Assembly (NCBI GenBank): GCA_964566495.1
Contig: CAZMIT010000026.1
Location: 1-18,543, forward strand
DNA: 18,543 nt
Direction of reading: 5' to 3'
Source: an uncultured bacterium
GTDB taxonomy: Bacteria > T1Sed10-126
Shown here: piece by piece, positions 15,275 through 18,543 of the stretch
Layout: each line of letters starts with the position of its first letter
Position numbering within the stretch: the stretch's first letter is position 1
Notes under the pieces: generated by a model
The model's database searches: none
The model's input: only the letters and a program-made list of their open reading frames with translations
Told to the model about the DNA's origin: nothing
Position numbers and translations under genes: made by a program

Positions 15275-17299
15275 TTATATTAATACGTCAAATTTAAGTG
15301 ACTCTTCACTAAAATTTAACATCTCTTGTGTGACGACGTTGCTCTCCTTTGGTTGTAATTGGCCGGTTTGTATTGAAGTTCGGTAGTCGAGCTCTTCCAG
15401 GCTTTGTTTTAGCTCTTCACTACGGCTGCGCAGTAGTCTAACTGTCGCCTGGTTCTCTGCCTTAAGATTTACAGTCAGGTAATTTTTTCTCCGCTGCAGG
15501 CGGGCCTGTATTAGTCCTAACGCAGAGAGGTTTACTTCCAGGGTTAAGCTCCACCTCTCCTCACTCTCGGGGCTCCCGGTTTCGCGCTCGTCCCGTATCA
15601 TCATCTGTATAAATTTAGTAACCTCTCCGTCGGTATAGGGGAGAAATATAAAAGTATTGTTTGGATCTATGGCTGAGGCCAGGGCGTGTTTGATTATTTC
15701 CGAGCGCATCTGTGCAGAGCGTGGAGGCGTCTCGCTTTCTGGGGATTTAGCCAGTTGTTGGTTTATTTTCCCACGTAGCGTTGCGGCGACTGCTTCCGGC
15801 TCACGGGGTAGCCGGCTTTCCATGTCGAAACCCATAGTTTCAACCAGTTCTTTGATGTGTTGCGGGGTTGGCTCGGCCTGCAACGGAGATATTTGTGGCA
15901 ATTGCTGATTTACCTCAGCATCGAGCAGGTTTTCTCTGAAAGCAGGTTCTAATAGAGCAATATTTTCTCTATTTACGGGCAGGTCGTTAAATCTTAGAAA
16001 GAGCAGCGAACGAAGCTCGTTTTGATTAGCTTCAGCCTCTGGTTCCGTCTCAGCGGCCGGGGATGAGAAGAGCTGCCGTATGATTGTTTTCAGGGGACGG
16101 TCTCTGGAACCACTGATTTCGCGAAAAAATTCAGCCGGGTCAGTATCGGACAACAAATTTAACCGTTTGAGCAGCTGCGGTAATTCTGGCGATTCTTGTT
16201 TTTGGCTCTCGAGTGCAAATTTAATTACCTCCAGCGCCTGCCGCACCTGTTTTACAGTATTACTGTCAGGATTTTCCATCCCTTGCTGTTTTAACAACGC
16301 TTCGGCCGGCTTTTCCGGCTGTTTTTCCAGCGCTCTGGCGACTTCGATAAAGTCCGGCCTCTCGTTTTTTTCACCGATAACTGCCGCTAATTTCTCAAAC
16401 GCCGCCTCCATCAGGTCAGATCTGGGTGACGCTTCTCCCTCTAAATACCACTGTCCGCCTCTTTCTGTCAGTTCGGCAGTAAAGCTGTCACCCTCCTCAA
16501 CAGGAATCTCTCCTTTCACCTCAATCTTTTCTTCCCCCACCTCAATGATATGTTTGTTCTCTTCCCGACTTTCAATAACAGTCGCCTCAAACATTTGGTC
16601 ATTTGTTTCTTTTAGTTCCTCCGGTGGTGGTTCTTTGAGCTCAACTTCAAAGCTATTACCTTGATCAGAAAACTTTTTAGTAGTGCTGTTGGCAAAGTGA
16701 CGCTGGCTTCGTTGAGATTCGCTTTTTCTGCTCTCTTCCGGACTTTCCGGGACCTGTTCTGATGGAGTAGCTGGACGTTTTGTCGGGGGTGGGGACTCTT
16801 GTTGAGCTGTCGATTCAGTCTGTTGTTCGTGGGGTGCACTTGATTCTTGTTCAGTTGCCGAAGAAATCTGTTGTTCAGCCGCCGAGAGCGATGATTTTTG
16901 GGGCAGGTAATAGTTTTGTTGTCTTAATTGGCTTCGAATTTCATCTGCAGAGTGTTTGAATTGGGCCTCTGTAGACTCATCTCCGCCCGGAGTTTTTAAG
17001 GGGAGTAGCTTCAGCAGTTCGCGGTCGGTGAAGTCAGTCAATTCTTTCCCGCTGAAAATTTTTAAATTGCCCTGATCATCAAGCTGACCGATTATTTCGG
17101 CCCCCTCAGGAAGTTTTAGGGGCACCCGGGTTACGACTTCAACCTGGCTTTTGAGGATTAAGTGGGTAGACCCGTCGGTTTTGGTTGTGCTAACCTCGAT
17201 TCCGACCGTCTGCCCCTGGAGATTTTGTAAGCTCTCCTGTTGTGTGTCGGAGCTACCCGGACTAGAAAATCCGGTTAGGGAGAGGGGCAGTTGTTCCAT
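15275..17299 (-). CDS. Long acidic protein with a C-terminal flagellar hook-length control (FliK/T3S4-like) domain
   Basis: 674 aa, low-complexity S/E/Q/P-rich linker. The C-terminal WSLTLEVNLSALGLIQARLQ..LTVNLKAEN..TVRLL....EELKQSLEELDY pattern resembles the FliK C-terminal domain; the protein ends in FDVLI. Confidence 0.7.
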   Translation of the reverse strand: MEQLPLSLTGFSSPGSSDTQQESLQNLQGQTVGIEVSTTKTDGSTHLILKSQVEVVTRVPLKLPEGAEIIGQLDDQGNLKIFSGKELTDFTDRELLKLLPLKTPGGDESTEAQFKHSADEIRSQLRQQNYYLPQKSSLSAAEQQISSATEQESSAPHEQQTESTAQQESPPPTKRPATPSEQVPESPEESRKSESQRSQRHFANSTTKKFSDQGNSFEVELKEPPPEELKETNDQMFEATVIESREENKHIIEVGEEKIEVKGEIPVEEGDSFTAELTERGGQWYLEGEASPRSDLMEAAFEKLAAVIGEKNERPDFIEVARALEKQPEKPAEALLKQQGMENPDSNTVKQVRQALEVIKFALESQKQESPELPQLLKRLNLLSDTDPAEFFREISGSRDRPLKTIIRQLFSSPAAETEPEAEANQNELRSLLFLRFNDLPVNRENIALLEPAFRENLLDAEVNQQLPQISPLQAEPTPQHIKELVETMGFDMESRLPREPEAVAATLRGKINQQLAKSPESETPPRSAQMRSEIIKHALASAIDPNNTFIFLPYTDGEVTKFIQMMIRDERETGSPESEERWSLTLEVNLSALGLIQARLQRRKNYLTVNLKAENQATVRLLRSRSEELKQSLEELDYRTSIQTGQLQPKESNVVTQEMLNFSEESLKFDVLI
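16794..16876 (-). repeat. Degenerate in-frame tandem duplication with a 48-bp period inside the FliK-like gene
   Basis: 16794-16828 and 16842-16876 match at 27/35 positions; they encode EQQISSATEQES / EQQTESTAQQES. Confidence 0.65.
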
Positions 17300-18001
17300 T
17301 TAACTGCCAAAGTAGTAAATTAAGCGGCCCGAAAGCGCTTCTATTGCTCCCCCCTGTCCCTCCACTTCCAGGTCTAAATAATCAGCGACTGTAAAAGAAA
17401 AACCGGCGGTTAGAGATAGTCCGGCGTATTCGTCCAGTTCGTAAGTTAACTGGTCGGTGTTTTGCAGTCTTATTTCGCGGCCGGAGTATATTATGCCAAA
17501 GTAAGAGTGATAACTGTCAACAGTTTCAAAACCGCGTGCTCGCTCTGTTATCCGTCCCAGGATAACTCCGGTCTGCCAGTCGTTCCTAATTTCAAGACTG
17601 CCGCTTCCGTTGCGATAGTTCTGCTTGTCGTGTTCAAAGTAAGCGGCAGTTAGTTTTAGGTAGAGGTCGGGATCAGGTTCCAATACGTATTGAAATCCGC
17701 CTCCATAGACGTTGCCGTCTTCGACGTCGGTGTCGCCAAATTCCGTGTCAGTGCTTCCAAATATTCCATAAATGCCGAAGCGGTCGTCAAACCGGTAACT
17801 AATTCTTCCCCCGAGCTGCTGATTTATCAGCTGCTCAACCTCACCGCCGTTATCTTTGGGATCAAAATCGGCGCGGCTATATGAATAGAAGGCAGACAAA
17901 TCGGGTTCGCCACTTCGTGTGTGTTCAATCAGACCAACCTGCTGGGCTCCAGCAACTGTGGGCAGAAAAGACAGAGCGATAATTAAGATTAATTTTAGCA
18001 A
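17300..18001 (-). CDS. Secreted protein, probable outer-membrane beta-barrel (233 aa)
   Basis: TTG at 18001 with a GAGGTG SD at 18010-18015 gives a signal peptide MLKLILIIALSFLPTVAGA-QQ. Alternating amphipathic strands (LGGRISYRF, YGGGFQYVL, LSLTAGFSF) and a near-terminal aromatic strand GRLIYYF. Its stop abuts the ATG of the FliK-like gene. Confidence 0.7.
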   Translation of the reverse strand: MLKLILIIALSFLPTVAGAQQVGLIEHTRSGEPDLSAFYSYSRADFDPKDNGGEVEQLINQQLGGRISYRFDDRFGIYGIFGSTDTEFGDTDVEDGNVYGGGFQYVLEPDPDLYLKLTAAYFEHDKQNYRNGSGSLEIRNDWQTGVILGRITERARGFETVDSYHSYFGIIYSGREIRLQNTDQLTYELDEYAGLSLTAGFSFTVADYLDLEVEGQGGAIEALSGRLIYYFGS

Positions 18002-18113
18002 GACTGACTCACCTCGTTTAGATATATTGAATTTACATCTATCATTATCCCCCATAAATCGTTTGATGACAAGGCCCAAAACCTTATCGCCAGAACCTAT
18101 CGGCTCATCTTCT

Positions 18114-18234
18114 GTAACTGCTCACCTTATCTCCCCCCCTCAAGGGGGAAAATAAAAAGGGGGGTGAAAAACTGTCCCTCTCCTTGGGCCGTTTTACGGT
18201 CCCTCCAGGGGAGAGGGGAGAGTTGAGTGGGTAC
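18114..18234. mobile_element. 121-bp MITE/REP-like element, copy B (inverted relative to copy A)
   Basis: Aligns to the reverse complement of 14473-14576 at about 87/104 positions by hand count, plus a 19-bp insertion at 18182-18200. Ends are GTAACTGCTCA / TGAGTGGGTAC. Confidence 0.75.
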
Positions 18235-18266
18235 CATTCCTCAGAGCGCTGAGGGCTGGGCTAACC

Positions 18267-18365
18267 CAGCTGTCAAACTAATAGAATTATTGCCATAAAA
18301 ACACTCTGTAAATCTAAACATTTTATTAGAACTTGATTTATTTGGCGATTTAAGTTTGACGGCTG
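18267..18365. mobile_element. 99-bp element bounded by 13-bp terminal inverted repeats (possible second MITE or IS remnant)
   Basis: CAGCTGTCAAACT (18267-18279) / AGTTTGACGGCTG (18353-18365), 12/13 complementary, around a very AT-rich interior. No clear target-site duplication. Confidence 0.5.
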
Positions 18366-18379
18366 CCTCGTAGAGGCGC

Positions 18380-18412
18380 TTAATGCAAGAAAATAAAATT
18401 TTCATGCATTAA
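18380..18412. promoter_or_regulatory. 33-bp AT-rich palindrome, candidate protein-binding site
   Basis: TTAATGCAAGAAAAT-aaa-ATTTTCATGCATTAA, arms 14/15 complementary. Confidence 0.45.
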
Positions 18413-18434
18413 CCGGGTTAGGGAAGGGGCGTAC

Positions 18435-18478
18435 AAAAATTTACCCGGATCTCCAGAAATGGAGATCCGGGTTTTGTT
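18435..18478. terminator. Intrinsic terminator hairpin, possibly bidirectional
   Basis: Perfect 13-bp stem ACCCGGATCTCCA-gaaa-TGGAGATCCGGGT (18443-18472), followed by TTTGTT on the plus strand and AAATTTTT on the minus strand. Confidence 0.75.
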
Positions 18479-18505
18479 CAGAGTGGAAAGATAATAAATA
18501 TAAAA

Positions 18506-18543
18506 TCAGGCCACTTTGATAAGCTCTTCGGTGGAAAGACCTT
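18506..18543 (-). CDS. Possible 3' end of a minus-strand gene entering from outside the window
   Basis: The minus frame reads ...GLSTEELIKVA-stop (TGA at 18506-18508), followed by an AT-rich gap and the terminator hairpin. Only 11 codons are visible. Confidence 0.35.
   Translation of the reverse strand, partial: GLSTEELIKVA

Noticed and set aside
16080..16664. 194-aa plus-strand Ser-rich ORF and the other short overlapping ORFs in the track
   Set aside because: They lie antisense or out of frame within well-supported genes; Ser/Phe richness is the expected mirror of Glu/Lys-rich sense codons.
18002..18079. N-terminal extension of the 259-aa ORF
   Set aside because: The SD and signal peptide point to the TTG at 18001.
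18084..18104. Sigma28-like -10 boxes GCCGATAG and GGCGATAA on the minus strand upstream of the barrel/FliK-like operon
   Set aside because: Tempting given the FliK domain, but neither has TAAA 15 nt upstream.
18483..18539. GTGGAAAGA direct repeat 48 bp apart as the start of a CRISPR array
   Set aside because: Only 9 bp match, two copies, and a period too short for repeat plus spacer.

Overview
Bacterial chromosomal window of mostly housekeeping genes. Left: a minus-strand glycogen/alpha-glucan operon (glgA, two GH57 enzymes, and a GalT-like nucleotidyltransferase that runs off the window edge and is absent from the ORF track), divergent from glgC-lipA. Centre: a palindrome-rich spacer, a strong extended -10 promoter carrying a perfect 17-bp palindrome, and an unannotated 58-aa very acidic ORF, then a plus-strand run of pabB/pabC fusion, ftsE, ftsX, envC-like, thiE-like, hypA and hypB. 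Right: a convergent minus-strand pair (putative outer-membrane beta-barrel protein plus a long FliK-domain protein) and a 400-bp spacer packed with inverted repeats. The least explained elements are the small acidic ORF with its operator-like promoter, a 104/121-bp MITE/REP-like element present twice in opposite orientation, a second 99-bp TIR-bounded element, and a GTAG-type REP doublet. No transposase, CRISPR array, tRNA or rRNA was seen. All family assignments come from motif recognition by eye, not database searches.
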